A stretch of 64,000 nucleotides of DNA from Blepharisma stoltei ATCC 30299 (Eukaryota > Protista > Ciliophora): assembly GCA_965603825.1 (NCBI GenBank), contig CBFDEM010000052.1, positions 1 through 64,000 of the forward strand, given 5' to 3'. The translations under genes and the position numbers were made by a program. Below are positions 1 through 14,093 of the stretch, piece after piece (the stretch's first letter is position 1; each line of letters begins with the position of its first letter). A model generated the notes under the pieces. The model did not search any database. It had not been told where the DNA came from and worked only from the letters and a program-made list of their open reading frames with translations.

Positions 1-3000
1 ACACCCTAACACCCTAACACCCTAACACCCTAACACCCTAACACCCTAACACCCTAACACCCTAACACCCTAACACCCTAACACCCTAACACCCTAACAC
101 CCTAACACCCTAACACCCTAACACCCTAACACCCTAACACCCTAACACCCTAACACCCTAACACCCTAACACCCTAACACCCTAACACCCTAACACCCTA
201 ACACCCTAACACCCCTAACACCCTAACACCCTAACACCCTAACACCCTAACACCCTAACACCCTAACACCTAACACCCTAACACCCTAACACCCTAACAC
301 CCTAACACCCTAACACCCTAACACCCTAACACCCTAACACCCTAACACCCTAACACCCTAACACCCTAACACCCTACACCCTAACACCCTAACACCCTAA
401 CACCCTAACACCCTAACACCCTAACACCCTAACACCCTAACACCCTAACACCCTAACACCCTAACACCACCTAACACCCTAACACCCTAACACCCTAACA
501 CCCTAACACCCTAACACCCTAACACCCTAACACCCTAACACCCTAACACCCTAACACCCTAACACCCTAACACCCTAACACCCTAACACCCTAACACCCT
601 AACACCCTAACACCCTAACACCCTAACACCCTAACACCCTAACACCCTAACACCCTAACACCCTAACACCCTAACACCCTAACACCCTAACACCCCTAAC
701 ACCCTAACACCCTAACACCCTAACACCCTAACACCCTAACACCCTAACACCCTAACACCCTAACACCCTAACACCCTAACACCCTAACACCCTAACACCC
801 TAACACCCTAACACCCTAACACCCTAACACCCTAACACCCTAACACCCTAACACCCTAACACCCTACCCTAACACCCTAACACCCTAACACCCTAACACC
901 CTAACCACCCTAACACCCTAACACCCTAACACCCTAACACCCTAACACCCTAACACCCTAACACCCTAACACCCTAACACCCTAACACCTAACACCCTAA
1001 CACCCTAACACCCTAACACCCTAACACCCTAACACCCTAACACCCTAACACCCTAACACCCTAACACCCTAACACCCTAACACCCCTAACACCCTAACAC
1101 CCTAACACCCTAACACACCCTAACACCCTAACACCCTAACACCCTAACACCCCTAACACCCTAACACCCTACACCCTAACACCTAACACCCTAACACCCT
1201 AACACCCTAACACCCTAACACCCTAACACCCTAACACCCTAACACCCTAACACCCTAACACCCTAACACCCTAACACCCTAACACCCTAACACCCTAACA
1301 CCCTAACACCCTAACACCCTAACACCCTAACACCCTAACACCCTAACACCCTAACACCCTAACACCCTAACACCCTAACACCCTAACACCCTAACACCCT
1401 AACACCCTAACACCCTAACACCCTAACACCCTAACACCCTAACACCCTAACACCCTAACACCCTAACACCCTAACACCCTAACACCCTAACACCCTAACA
1501 CCCTAACACCCTAACACCCTAACACCCTAACACCCTAACACCCTAACACCCTAACACCCTAACACCCTAACACCCTAACACCCTAACACCCTAACACCCT
1601 AACACCCTAACACCCTAACACCCTAACACCCTAACACCCTAACACCCTAACACCCTAACACCCTAACACCCTAACACCCTAACACCCTAACACCCTAACA
1701 CCCTAACACCCTAACACCCTAACACCCTAACACCCTAACACCCTAACACCCTAACACCCTAACACCCTAACACCCTAACACCCTAACACCCTAACACCCT
1801 AACACCCTAACACCCTAACACCCTAACACCCTAACACCCTAACACCCTAACACCCTAACACCCTAACACCCTAACACCCTAACACCCTAACACCCTAACA
1901 CCCTAACACCCTAACACCCTAACACCCTAACACCCTAACACCCTAACACCCTAACACCCTAACACCCTAACACCCTAACACCCTAACACCCTAACACCCT
2001 AACACCCTAACACCCTAACACCCTAACACCCTAACACCCTAACACCCTAACACCCTAACACCCTAACACCCTAACACCCTAACACCCTAACACCCTAACA
2101 CCCTAACACCCTAACACCCTAACACCCTAACACCCTAACACCCTAACACCCTAACACCCTAACACCCTAACACCCTAACACCCTAACACCCTAACACCCT
2201 AACACCCTAACACCCTAACACCCTAACACCCTAACACCCTAACACCCTAACACCCTAACACCCTAACACCCTAACACCCTAACACCCTAACACCCTAACA
2301 CCCTAACACCCTAACACCCTAACACCCTAACACCCTAACACCCTAACACCCTAACACCCTAACACCCTAACACCCTAACACCCTAACACCCTAACACCCT
2401 AACACCCTAACACCCTAACACCCTAACACCCTAACACCCTAACACCCTAACACCCTAACACCCTAACACCCTAACACCCTAACACCCTAACACCCTAACA
2501 CCCTAACACCCTAACACCCTAACACCCTAACACCCTAACACCCTAACACCCTAACACCCTAACACCCTAACACCCTAACACCCTAACACCCTAACACCCT
2601 AACACCCTAACACCCTAACACCCTAACACCCTAACACCCTAACACCCTAACACCCTAACACCCTAACACCCTAACACCCTAACACCCTAACACCCTAACA
2701 CCCTAACACCCTAACACCCTAACACCCTAACACCCTAACACCCTAACACCCTAACACCCTAACACCCTAACACCCTAACACCCTAACACCCTAACACCCT
2801 AACACCCTAACACCCTAACACCCTAACACCCTAACACCCTAACACCCTAACACCCTAACACCCTAACACCCTAACACCCTAACACCCTAACACCCTAACA
2901 CCCTAACACCCTAACACCCTAACACCCTAACACCCTAACACCCTAACACCCTAACACCCTAACACCCTAACACCCTAACACCCTAACACCCTAACACCCT

Positions 3001-3648
3001 AACACCCTAACACCCTAACACCCTAACACCCTAACACCCTAACACCCTAACACCCTAACACCCTAACACCCTAACACCCTAACACCCTAACACCCTAACA
3101 CCCTAACACCCTAACACCCTAACACCCTAACACCCTAACACCCTAACACCCTAACACCCTAACACCCTAACACCCTAACACCCTAACACCCTAACACCCT
3201 AACACCCTAACACCCTAACACCCTAACACCCTAACACCCTAACACCCTAACACCCTAACACCCTAACACCCTAACACCCTAACACCCTAACACCCTAACA
3301 CCCTAACACCCTAACACCCTAACACCCTAACACCCTAACACCCTAACACCCTAACACCCTAACACCCTAACACCCTAACACCCTAACACCCTAACACCCT
3401 AACACCCTAACACCCTAACACCCTAACACCCTAACACCCTAACACCCTAACACCCTAACACCCTAACACCCTAACACCCTAACACCCTAACACCCTAACA
3501 CCCTAACACCCTAACACCCTAACACCCTAACACCCTAACACCCTAACACCCTAACACCCTAACACCCTAACACCCTAACACCCTAACACCCTAACACCCT
3601 AACACCCTAACACCCTAACACCCTAACACCCTAACACCCTAACACCCT
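1..3648 (+). repeat. Telomeric repeat array (CCCTAACA)n, ~455 units
   Basis: 8-nt tandem repeat from base 1 to ...aacaccct|ggtgaag at 3648/3649. CCCTAACA is the heterotrich (Stentor/Blepharisma) telomere unit. Indel variants occur only in the first ~1190 nt. Confidence 0.99.
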
Positions 3649-5786
3649 GGTGAAGTCTCAACTCACTTTCTTTAAAAACTTAAACCCAAAATAGCACGAA
3701 CCCAATATTTATATAATATTCTATTATTAAAATAAAAATAATAAATTTTAAGTTGATATACTTTTAGCAAGGATAATTTGTTTTTGAGAAGAAGCTATGT
3801 GGACAAATTTATTTTGTTTTTCATTATAAATTCTTAATTTTTTAATACTTAAGCCTAATACGCCAAAAGAGTCAGCATTCCGTCTTCTAGCTCTATCAAA
3901 ATTAAAGAACAGCTTATTATGATTTAAGGATATTTTACTCTGCTAGCTTAGGACATAATAAGCTTGCTACTTTTTAGATTAAAAAATTATATAATATTTA
4001 GCTTTGAATAGAAGAAATACCCCTAAGAACTTTTAAAAATACTTAAACATAATAAAAAAACCATTCACATTAATCCACATATAAATGCATTTAAAGTTAA
4101 AAGCAGCCTTTAACTCTTTGGAGTCAAATATGTTCAAAAAGTACCCGAAAATCTGTATTTATCATCATCCTTGACCTTTCTCGCCACAAAACAGTGCCCA
4201 GAATATTTAATTATATTTGTAATAGGCGTATCCGCTTAGGTTGGCACGCTATATTTCTTATTTACAATATTTAGAAATCAAAAATATGTAAAACAATCAT
4301 ATTGAAAATGATTTTGCTTGTTATATAGGTAATCACTTTCTCGAAGTTATAATCTTTATTGGCTTCACTAATAAAACAGTCGAGAGTGGTAAGGTTTTTG
4401 GGAATAAATTTTATCTCAACAAATTTACAAGATAAAAATGGTAAAAGCGATTCATTATTAGAAGGCTATATCCTTGATAAACTCATTATAAAGTTAATGA
4501 AACTTTCTTAGTGCCTTATCTCAAATTTAATTTCCTTAACTTGAATGAGCTCAAACTTATTGGCTTTTTAGTTCTTCCAACTTAATCTGTCCATAAATTA
4601 AGGTTAAGTCAGTTTTCTTAAGGCAGTTCTCTTCATTGTTATTCTATTATAACTAGAAGTGAGTTTGATGTGATTTTCTAAGAGGAGTATAATATCAAAT
4701 GCTAACAGCGATTTCAGAAAGCGATGCAGAAATTACAGCTTGAAAATCTACAACATATCCAGCACTTTGAGAAGCTCCTAGACATCCACATTTAGCAGGC
4801 ATGATATAGCTATATGGGAATAAAAAGAAGGGCTGTTATTTGGAATCAGCTATTTTTCCACTCGATAAATTATTTTGAGTAAGAATACAGCGAGTTTGTG
4901 GAGAAAATGTTGCATTTCCTAATTGAAGACAGAAAATCAAAAGAAGAGCTCTCAGCTAGGTTTGCCTTGCCATTTACTTTATATTGGCCGTTCTAATATG
5001 AAATTAATAGTAAATTCTAATGCTGCATGCATATTTTTCCTATGCTAAGAAAATATTGTTTTTAGGTAAGCGAAATATTTTGACTTTTTTGTTTTTAAGG
5101 CTGAAGCAAGAAAGACTGAAAGAAATCAAATAAGTTTGAGTGACTACTAAAAAGCAATTGCTCTAAGCCTGGCTTTTCATTATTGAAAATCTTTAAGTCA
5201 TTTTGATTTTAGTTATTTTGCGCTATACTTCTTTCAATTCTAAATGCTTCCGTAAGACATCCCCATCCTGTTTCTGAAAAGAAAATTCTGATCGTCCCAG
5301 AAGGGAATAAGGCAATACATCATTCAGCACAAAAAATTGATTAGCTCCATAGTTTCAGGACCTAAATTAAGAAGTTGCTGTATAGAATATATTGCTGCAA
5401 CCCTCCAGCCAAAATGCAAAGAACCGAGCTTGTAAATAGACAAGGATGATCATATAATAAAAAAATTAAATTTTTGCATACAAAAGCCAATGAATGATCA
5501 AAAACGAAGCCAAATAAAATTGATATCACTCAAATAGAGATTATAAAATTCCTTTAATTACATGTACAAAGGATATTGCGATAAAATTAGAGAATCACTT
5601 AAAGCCAAGTAGAGTTTTAACACTCGAAAATGAATGAAGAATTAAATTATATTATTTTTCTCATAAATAATTGTTATCACAGAATAAAAAGTAATTTTTA
5701 TATATGCTAGATAAGCCTTAAATAAATTATTAATTTAACCGCTTAATTTGTTAAAAATCAAGCATTCGATTTCCTTAATAATAAAT

Positions 5787-7658
5787 ATGAACAGTGAGAG
5801 TTTAAAAGGGCCTGAAAACGTAAACAAGCCAATAAAAAACAGCCTAGAAAACGAGAAGGGCTTGCTTAATTCTCATATAAGCACTGTTTCTAGTGATCTC
5901 AACAATAAATCCAATGAAACAGAAAGCGCTTTAAACGTTATAGACAGCTTAAGAAATAAAATAGCTGAGATTTTGAGTAGACCAAACAATCCAGAATTAG
6001 AGATAGATTTTAGGACAACTTGCTCAGCAATTCAGACCAGTCTTAGTTTTTATGATCCGCCACTAATGCAAGCTTACCAAGATTATCTTAATGCTTATCA
6101 ACAAAAGACATCTCTTTATAATATTACAAGCTATAACAGCACAACTAAATTGCATATTTATAACACTGAAACAGAAACAGAAGAACTCAAAATTTTGCAG
6201 ATTCCAGAACGGCTAGACCGAGGCACTTGCATAACTCAACTTCCAAATGGCAAGCTATTCTGCTATGGTAAAGGGTACCCAGTTTCTGGGACTACAGTGC
6301 TGATTGATGCAAATGGCGTATTCGAAGTTCTGCCATCTGGAACTCCTTGCTCAATCTCATCATGTATCTATTTCGACAACAGCGTCTATTGCTTTGGAGG
6401 AAAGAATAAGATAGATTTAACTCTATCTTGTAGATTTGATTTGGATCAAAATCGGTGAATTCAATTAATTCCTATGCCACAAGCTGATTGCTATTTCAGT
6501 AGTATAATATTTAAAAGAAATATTTTGATTTCTGGATATGATAGCAGACATCTTTTGTTATACTCAATTGATATTGACTCTTTCTCGACAGTTCCTTATA
6601 AGTTTGAAGATAAGAAAAAAAAGATCCTGATAAATGCAGAGAGACTATATTTGATTGAATGCGACAAGGGATCAATCTATGAAAGCGAAATTGGAAGTTA
6701 TGTGAATTGGAGACGAATAGCATACTCAAAACTGAATTGCAATCCTGATCAAGTGTATTGTTCATATAATAAAGGAGGAATATACATCTCAACTATTTCT
6801 GATTCGACTAGAGAATATTATTATTTTAGCTTAGATCAAAAAATCATTATTGATGTTGCTTACCATAATGAGTTTGTCTCTCTTAGAAGAGTAGGTCAAA
6901 AGATTGAAGCAATAAAATGAAATGTCCATAATTTTAAGCTCGATCCTTATTATCTGGATGAATGAAATCTAAAAGGCAATACTCTAAGAGATTTAGGAAG
7001 TAATCTATCAACAAGCGAATGATATGGTGAAGAAATCAAACTCCATCCAAACGAAGTTAGTTTATACTGTTTTAAAGGCAACGCTTTAAATAATTTAGAA
7101 AGATATCTAGAAGCAATTGAATGCTATGATGAAGCAATCAAACTATATCCAAAAGGTGCTGAAATTTACTATAAGAAAGGGTATGCTTTAAATCAATTAG
7201 GAAGATATCAAGAAGCAATAGAAAGCTATGACGAAGCAATCAAAATCAATCCAAATGATGCTATGAATTATAATGATAAAGGCAATACTCTTTATATTTT
7301 AGAGAGATATCAAGAAGCAATACAATGCTATGATGAGGTAATCAAGCTTATACCTAATAATCCTTTGTATTTCTGCAAGAGAGCTAGAGCATTTAATCAT
7401 CTCAGACAAGAAGAAGCAGCTTTGCAGGACTTTAATAGGGCTTATAATTTGAAGCAAGCTGGTCGGCCAAGTGGTGTTTCCACTGGGAATGAATGAAACC
7501 TCTCTGAAAAAGATATCAATTTTATAAACGATTTATTAGGCCGAGACCGTATTGAACTACTCCAAAAAATGCAGATAAAAGCTGTTGATTCAGAAGAAGA
7601 ATTTAAAGAGTCTAAGCGGAGAAGAGATTTAGATTTTAGTGTGAACTCTTCTAAGTAG
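5787..7658 (+). CDS. Kelch-like beta-propeller + C-terminal TPR protein (~623 aa, UGA=Trp)
   Basis: ORFs 5748, 6474 and 7263 are one frame joined through TGA codons; ATG 5787 to TAG 7656-7658. Kelch-like motifs (QLPNGKLFCYG, YCFGG..RFDLDQNRW) are followed by TPRs (KGNALNNLERYLEAIECYDEAIKLYP). Confidence 0.88.
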
Positions 7659-7703
7659 GAAATTTTAAGTTAAAAATATTTCTAGGTTCTTTTTTATAGA
7701 ATT

Positions 7704-8821
7704 ATGATCAGAAAAGTAGAGGAGGCTCTAGAAAAAAATTTAAAAAGTTGGTATTTTAAAAATGAGGACAGAGCAAACATCAATAAAATAATTGAAAAAA
7801 TATTGGTGAGTAGAAGGGCTGCTCCTTTCATTAAAGTCAAGCAATTGAATTCAAATTCGTACTAAAAGAATAGAATCATGCAAAAAAAGAAGCCCACTAT
7901 TAACGGCAGTCGCAGGCTCAAGTATTTAAAATTTAATCTATAGAAAAGAAATTTGATATATTAACTAAACAAAATAATTTATAGAAAGAAGAAGATTCAA
8001 AAAGCGCTCTTGCTATATGATAGCAATTCAAGTGTTTATAATATGTCTGCACTTATGAAAGCCTATGAAGAATGTTTTAGAACATCACTTTATAATATTA
8101 CGAAAAAAGAAAGCAGTAATTTATGTATTTACAACATCGAAAGCCAAAGCAGAGAATTCAAAATCTTAAAAACTTCAATGCAGCTAGACTTTTATGCATG
8201 CGTGGCTCAGCTTCCAAATGGTAAATTATTCTGTTTTGGTGATTTTCCAGTTTCTGGTATAACACTGTTAATTGATTTAAATGGTGGAATCCAGCAGTTG
8301 CCATCTGGAACCCCTTGCTTTAATTCATCAGCTATTGCTTTGGGGTAAGGGATAAAAATATTATTGTATCAGCTCTATCTGCCCGATTCGATTTGGATAA
8401 GAATCGGTGGATTAAATTAGCTCCAATGCCGCATCCTGATTGATATTGCAATAGTGTAGTATTCAATTGGAACATTTTGATTTCTGCGAGGATAAATAGA
8501 AATCTTTTCTTCTATTCAATTTATATTGATTCTTTCTCAATAATTCCTTATGAATTTGAAGAGTATAAAACAAAGATCCTGGTAAAAGTAGATGAAAGGC
8601 TGCATTTGATTGAATGCCCTGATGGATTAATTTATGAAAGCGAAATTGCAGGCTTTACTTTTTGGAAACCAATTGCAGATTCAATAATCAATACAGATCC
8701 TCATCAAGTGTGCTGTTCTCATAGTAAAGGAGCAGTACATATGGGGTTCATTGACTATGATGATATTCTCAAATACTACAAGTTTAATTTGAATGAAACA
8801 TCATTGACTGAAATTAATTAA
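7704..8821 (+). pseudogene. Disrupted kelch-like paralog
   Basis: Homologous to the 5787 and 27866-29584 genes (QLPNGKLFCFG, RFDLDKNRW, LIECPDGLIYESEI). It has stops/frameshifts in 7860-8010 and a 22-nt frameshifting deletion at ~8333. Confidence 0.75.
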
Positions 8822-9194
8822 AATAAATTAACTTTAAAACACTAATTATATTTTTTCTAATTTATTAAAATACAATTATACATTATTATTTGCATGCTAA
8901 AAGTTTCAGGCACTAAGCTTTCAAGGCAGACAAATCCATATCTGTAAAGGCTTTAATTGTAATTGTTTCAAAAATTATGAGAAATTTAGTTGGCTTCAAA
9001 AATATAAAGAGCTATTGAAAATATTATTTGATTATGGAAAATACCCGAAAAATTATATATAAGGATTGAGAAATAATTTAAGGTAATAGCTATTAAAATA
9101 TTAATAGTTATTCTTTCAAAAATTTAGTGCTGTGGGAAAAAAATTGTTAAATGAGATCTTCAGTTTTTCTTATCTATTTTCATCTGATATAAAT

Positions 9195-9581
9195 ATGAGA
9201 AGAACTTGCCGTTTTGGGGTATATTCATCAGGGACCATAAAAAGGTGCCCTAAAAAATATTGCTGCAAATGCGACGTCTCCCAAACATTAAAAATGATAG
9301 AGCAACGATATTTCCGAAGAGGTCCTTTAGAAATTAGGCCAAAATTATCTAAAAGACTATTACACTTATATTTCGTAGGGAGGGATTTTTTTGGAAAACG
9401 AAAAGTTACATATAATCAAAAGTACCATCGAAGAAGCAAGAAAAGCTACAGTAACTATGAAATGTATTGCTCAGCATTAGGAAAAAATGATTTAATTGAT
9501 CTTAATATTGAAGAAGCAGAGATAATGATTGATTTATTTAAATCTGAATATCCAGAAAAGTCTTATTCGCTTATGGACTAA
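9195..9581 (+). CDS. Small basic, Cys-containing hypothetical protein (128 aa)
   Basis: ATG in AT-rich context (aaatATG), open to TAA. No family recognised. Confidence 0.55.
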   Translation: MRRTCRFGVYSSGTIKRCPKKYCCKCDVSQTLKMIEQRYFRRGPLEIRPKLSKRLLHLYFVGRDFFGKRKVTYNQKYHRRSKKSYSNYEMYCSALGKNDLIDLNIEEAEIMIDLFKSEYPEKSYSLMD

Positions 9582-9737
9582 ATATTTATATATAAATTAT
9601 CAACAGCCAATTTATAATAATTTTTGAATTTTAGTCCTAAAATCAATTTAAACCCTTAATTTTGCTTTTTAATATAATTAGCTTTCTTTAGCTATATTTG
9701 CATACTTTATTCAACTTCCATTTCTGTATATTAAATA

Positions 9738-12700
9738 ATGCTTGTAAGGTATTTAATTATTCTGTTCTTTGTCAGCTCCTTAAGCATCAGAAAAGAATTC
9801 GAAACCCTTTATTTATTAGAAACAGAGTTCAGTGAGATTAAACTATCAGATTATTTTGCTGGTGAAAATTTAAGATACTCAATCGAAGATCGAAATAGTT
9901 CAAGCGATTTAGCTACAATTCAAAGCGCACATGAATTCGACCTAGTGTCATTTCTTCCTTATCCCAATTCACGTAAGACCCTGCCTTCCGAATCATTTAC
10001 AACTTGGATAAGCGATTCAAATCAGATAATTGTTTGGTTCAATGCAAATCAAATAGTGCTCTACATCATTTCACTTATAACTGGAGAAGCGACAGAAATA
10101 TGAAATTGAAAAATCGAATCAGAGTATCAAAATTTACAAATTCAAGAAACGAGATATTTATCAAAGCTTCAATGCATATTAATTTGGGCAAAGCAGCAAG
10201 AGCATCTGGAGGGTAGCATTGTATGAAGAAATGATTTTTATGTGATGGATGTCAATAATTTAAATTATCCGACAAGTCCAACATGGACAAATTTCAGTGA
10301 GCCTACATATTCATCGAAACTGGTTCTCCCTTATGTGGAAGATTCCAGCTATTTCCCAATTTATTGCGAATTTGAGAATGATCCGAGTATTTCAAATAGC
10401 ATATATATTTACTTCTTAACTGATGCTCTTGATCAGCCAATCCTAGTGCAAAGCATTTCCGAATATTACAGCGTTTTTCTCTCACAGCAGAAGCTTTCTA
10501 TTGTAGGGGCATTAATGGATTATTCAAAGATTAGTGTTCTTGATGCTAACTTCGGTTTAATCATATTTAAATACTCTTTCACGATGACATTCATAGAAGA
10601 TGGGGTGGAAGACTTGCGCCATCTTGGGACTCTTCGTTCAATGACAGCTCTAAGCTTGAGAAAAATATTTATTTTTTCAGATATAGGAATATCGCTATAT
10701 ATCAGGAATATAGTGAAAGAATCAAGCCTACGCTTTCATTTAAAAAATAATCAAAATCTCAACTGGACAAATATCCAAGAAAGCTCAAATTATTATTTTA
10801 TTCAATCTCATGACTCTTTATCAGTGGTAGATAAAAATTCAGCATCGCCTGAAGTTATGCTTAGCATTGACATCACAAATTTAGGAACCCTTGAACAAAT
10901 TAATTCCAAGCTATTATTCTTCTCCTCACTACATCTTGGACTTTACTGTGCAAGATTCGAAAAAGCTGGGCTTAAGGTTTATAAAGTCTCAATCAAAGGA
11001 TGAAGCCTCAAAGTGCATGGAAACTCCACATCTGTCGTCAAAGTAAAGGCGACTGACTTTTTCGGGGCTTCAGTTACTTCTAATTTGCATGTGATATCAG
11101 TTAAAAAGCAATCACAAGAAATCTTTCCTAACGAGAAAGGCTCTTGAGAAAAACAAGAAAGTTTAATAATATACGAAAATAAAACTGGTTTTATTTTGGA
11201 TGTCAATTCCTATTTTTTAGGGCCTAATTTAAAATTTGATTTCAAATTTCCCGAATTAAAGCAGTTTCATTTTGAATTAAGCCCTAGAAATAAGCTTACT
11301 TTACTCAAAAATCTGACTTTGCCTGAAGAAATTAAAAACTTCGCTACCTTTCCTCGTTATTCATGAATATACTTCTATCAAGATAGAATATACATCGAAA
11401 GCATGAGTAATCCCAACGTCAACTGAACAATAGAGACATCAAATCCAATAAAGGCCACAACTGAAATTTGAGATAATGCTTTCATTTATAGACAATCCGA
11501 CGAGGGGGTCTACTTTATTTCAATAGCTAGTATATCTAGTTTAAGTATTATCCATGAATTTGAGACAGGGATGGAGTGTCTGCTGTTTTCTTTATGTCGA
11601 AATATAATTATATGTGGAAATAGAGACAAAATTGAGACTTACATATTTATAGAAAGCAGATCAAAAAAAATAGATACGTTAACTGTTGCAGAATTAGATA
11701 ATAATTTCCATTGGAATGCAGAAAACCTCCTTGCAAATTACAATAATTATAATAATCAAATATATATTTATTTATTCGATCCAAATCAAGGAGTTCTAGC
11801 AGTAAATATATTATCTCGAGGACAATTTTCACAAATTTTAGAACTCAAATCTCATGGAATTAAATTTATTGTTAGCTCAGACTATTTTATTGGACTAGTT
11901 TATGATGAGAAAATTGATATATACAAAGGCCCTTGGGAATATTGAAAGACCATATTGATTGAGCCAAATCTAAAAATTGTGAGCCATTTTGCAAGAGATT
12001 ATTTGGTCTATTTGTACACAAAAGATAGATTATTCATATACGATATTAATCTGCCTACTTTTGGTGCTCTATACTATTCAATAGAAATGAAAATCTCTGA
12101 TCATTTTTCCTATGCAAATGATGGATCAGAACTTGTGAACTTTCACTCGGAAACGGAAGAGAAATATGCAGAAATATATACAGTAAGTTGTGAAGTAGAC
12201 AGATTCTATTACTCATCATGTATCCTTAATTATGAAATCAATATATTCGTTTCTGATTGAAAAGAAATCAAAGAGCCCAGCTATAGCATGAATTTTTCAG
12301 TTATTGCTTACAACGAGGAAAATCAGCTGCAGCGGAGCTTCCCACTAAATATAGAAGTTGAGAACTTATGGAATAATAGTGAAAAATGGGAAATAAGCAG
12401 AAGTATTCCATATAACGAAAATTATGAATTTGATTTTAGTAAAGTTTTTTTTGGTCAGGACATGGAGAAAAGTTTGAATTTAAATGGAAATTATCTTTCG
12501 AGTTCAGATAAAAACCTTCTTCCAGTATTTCTAACTCAACGAATTGAGCAAGTTGGAGAAGCAAACAATTTAAAAGGAAGAACTATATACAGTCATACTG
12601 TCATTCCTCATGCAGGCATTGTTGTAATAACCTCAGAAACTGGGTTTATTATAAAAAATATAACTGGGTTTTCAAATGAGACTTTGCTGATTCCTATTCA

Positions 12701-14009
12701 AGAGTCTCAAGAACTCCAAAATTTAGTCTGCAAGCAAATCGAATCATTCGCAGCTCTCAAAGAAACAAAAGCATTAATAGTGACTATTTGCACATACAAA
12801 GTACGTCATACAGTATTTTACTCTATGAGGCCAACAGATTTAGTTGAAAATGTGAATGCTATCATTTTTTGGGAATTTGATTATTGTAGCTTATCTTTTT
12901 ATCAGTCCAAACTCCTTCGAATTCCTACTGAAATAGATTTCTTAAGGCTGGCGACACTAGATCAGAATAATTTTGAAATTATAGTTTTTGCGAGGTGCAA
13001 TAGCTTGGGCCATCCATTTAGTGATCTTTGAAGACTAAAAGGAAATTGAATTGAAAGCAACGTTAATCTCTATGACGTTGAAAAAATAAATGTATTGTCT
13101 CTGGGCTTGGAAAATATTTGCATATCTCTTGTTGATTATAAAATAAAGGACAGGGAGACTGTGTATTGGTACATGGTGGATTGGCTTTACGGAATTAGAG
13201 TCATAGAGGCTCGGACAAATCTTCCAAGCATTATTGCAGGTGGGCTTAAAAATAGCAAGCTTAGAAAATTTTTAAGCATGGGTATTTGCGGTAATCTTCT
13301 ATATTTATCTGAGGGTGGACTTAAAATGGAATCGCATCAAATCGAAAATTATGCAAACATCACCAAAGTAAAATATGCGGAATATCTTTCAAGCTCGATA
13401 AACTTTGGATATGCAAAAGCTGCTCCAATTATTTGTTCAGATGATGGAAGATATGCTGTATTTCAGTTATCTCAACCTAATAAAAACTTATCCTTGTCAA
13501 TTTTTGATATAAACGCTAATGCAAACTCGAATTTTATTGGAAAAATAATTTTGAGCCTAGATCACTATTCAGATCCTGTGAGCATTAGGTTTATTGATAA
13601 CAGCACTATTTCAATAGCTATGCGATATCAATCTTTGTATAGAAGCTATAAAATAAATAAAGACCATTTGATTTTTCCAGAAATGAATGAGTCTGAATAC
13701 AAAAAAATGATAGAAAAATGAGGAACAAAAGATTTTAATATGTTTATAACCGCAGTAAACGAAAATAACGCAATGAATACCTCAACCATTTCTTTTACAA
13801 GAGAGAATAAATCATTAGAAAGCAATCTAAGGAGAAAAAATAGTTTTCTGATAGGGATAATCCCTGTCCTTATAATTATCTTCATGCTCGGATTTTATTT
13901 GATAAAAAAAATACAGAAGTCGAAAATGAAATATCCTTTTGAGACTATTTCAACGCAAAGCGCTGGAATCTATGAGGACGCAAAAATTAATAAAGCGAAT
14001 AATGCTTAA
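9738..14009 (+). CDS. Large type-I membrane protein (~1423 aa): signal peptide, beta-rich ectodomain, TM, short tail
   Basis: Seven track ORFs are in one frame, joined by ~13 TGA codons with no TAA/TAG between. Hydrophobic N-terminus MLVRYLIILFFVSSLS; C-terminal TM FLIGIIPVLIIIFMLGFYLI followed by KK. Confidence 0.9.
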
Positions 14010-14093
14010 GATTTTTAATATGATTATTGATAAAACTTAAAATAATAAATATACTTATAAATGAAATCGAAAAAGTCAATTAAATTAATATTA

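Noticed and set aside
1-3648. Repeat array as CRISPR or satellite
   Set aside because: There are no spacers; it is a terminal 8-mer matching the known heterotrich telomere.
7859-7873. GTACTAAAAGAATAG as a 15-nt intron rescuing the kelch pseudogene
   Set aside because: It lacks the position-10 A seen in the other introns, and downstream frameshifts remain anyway.
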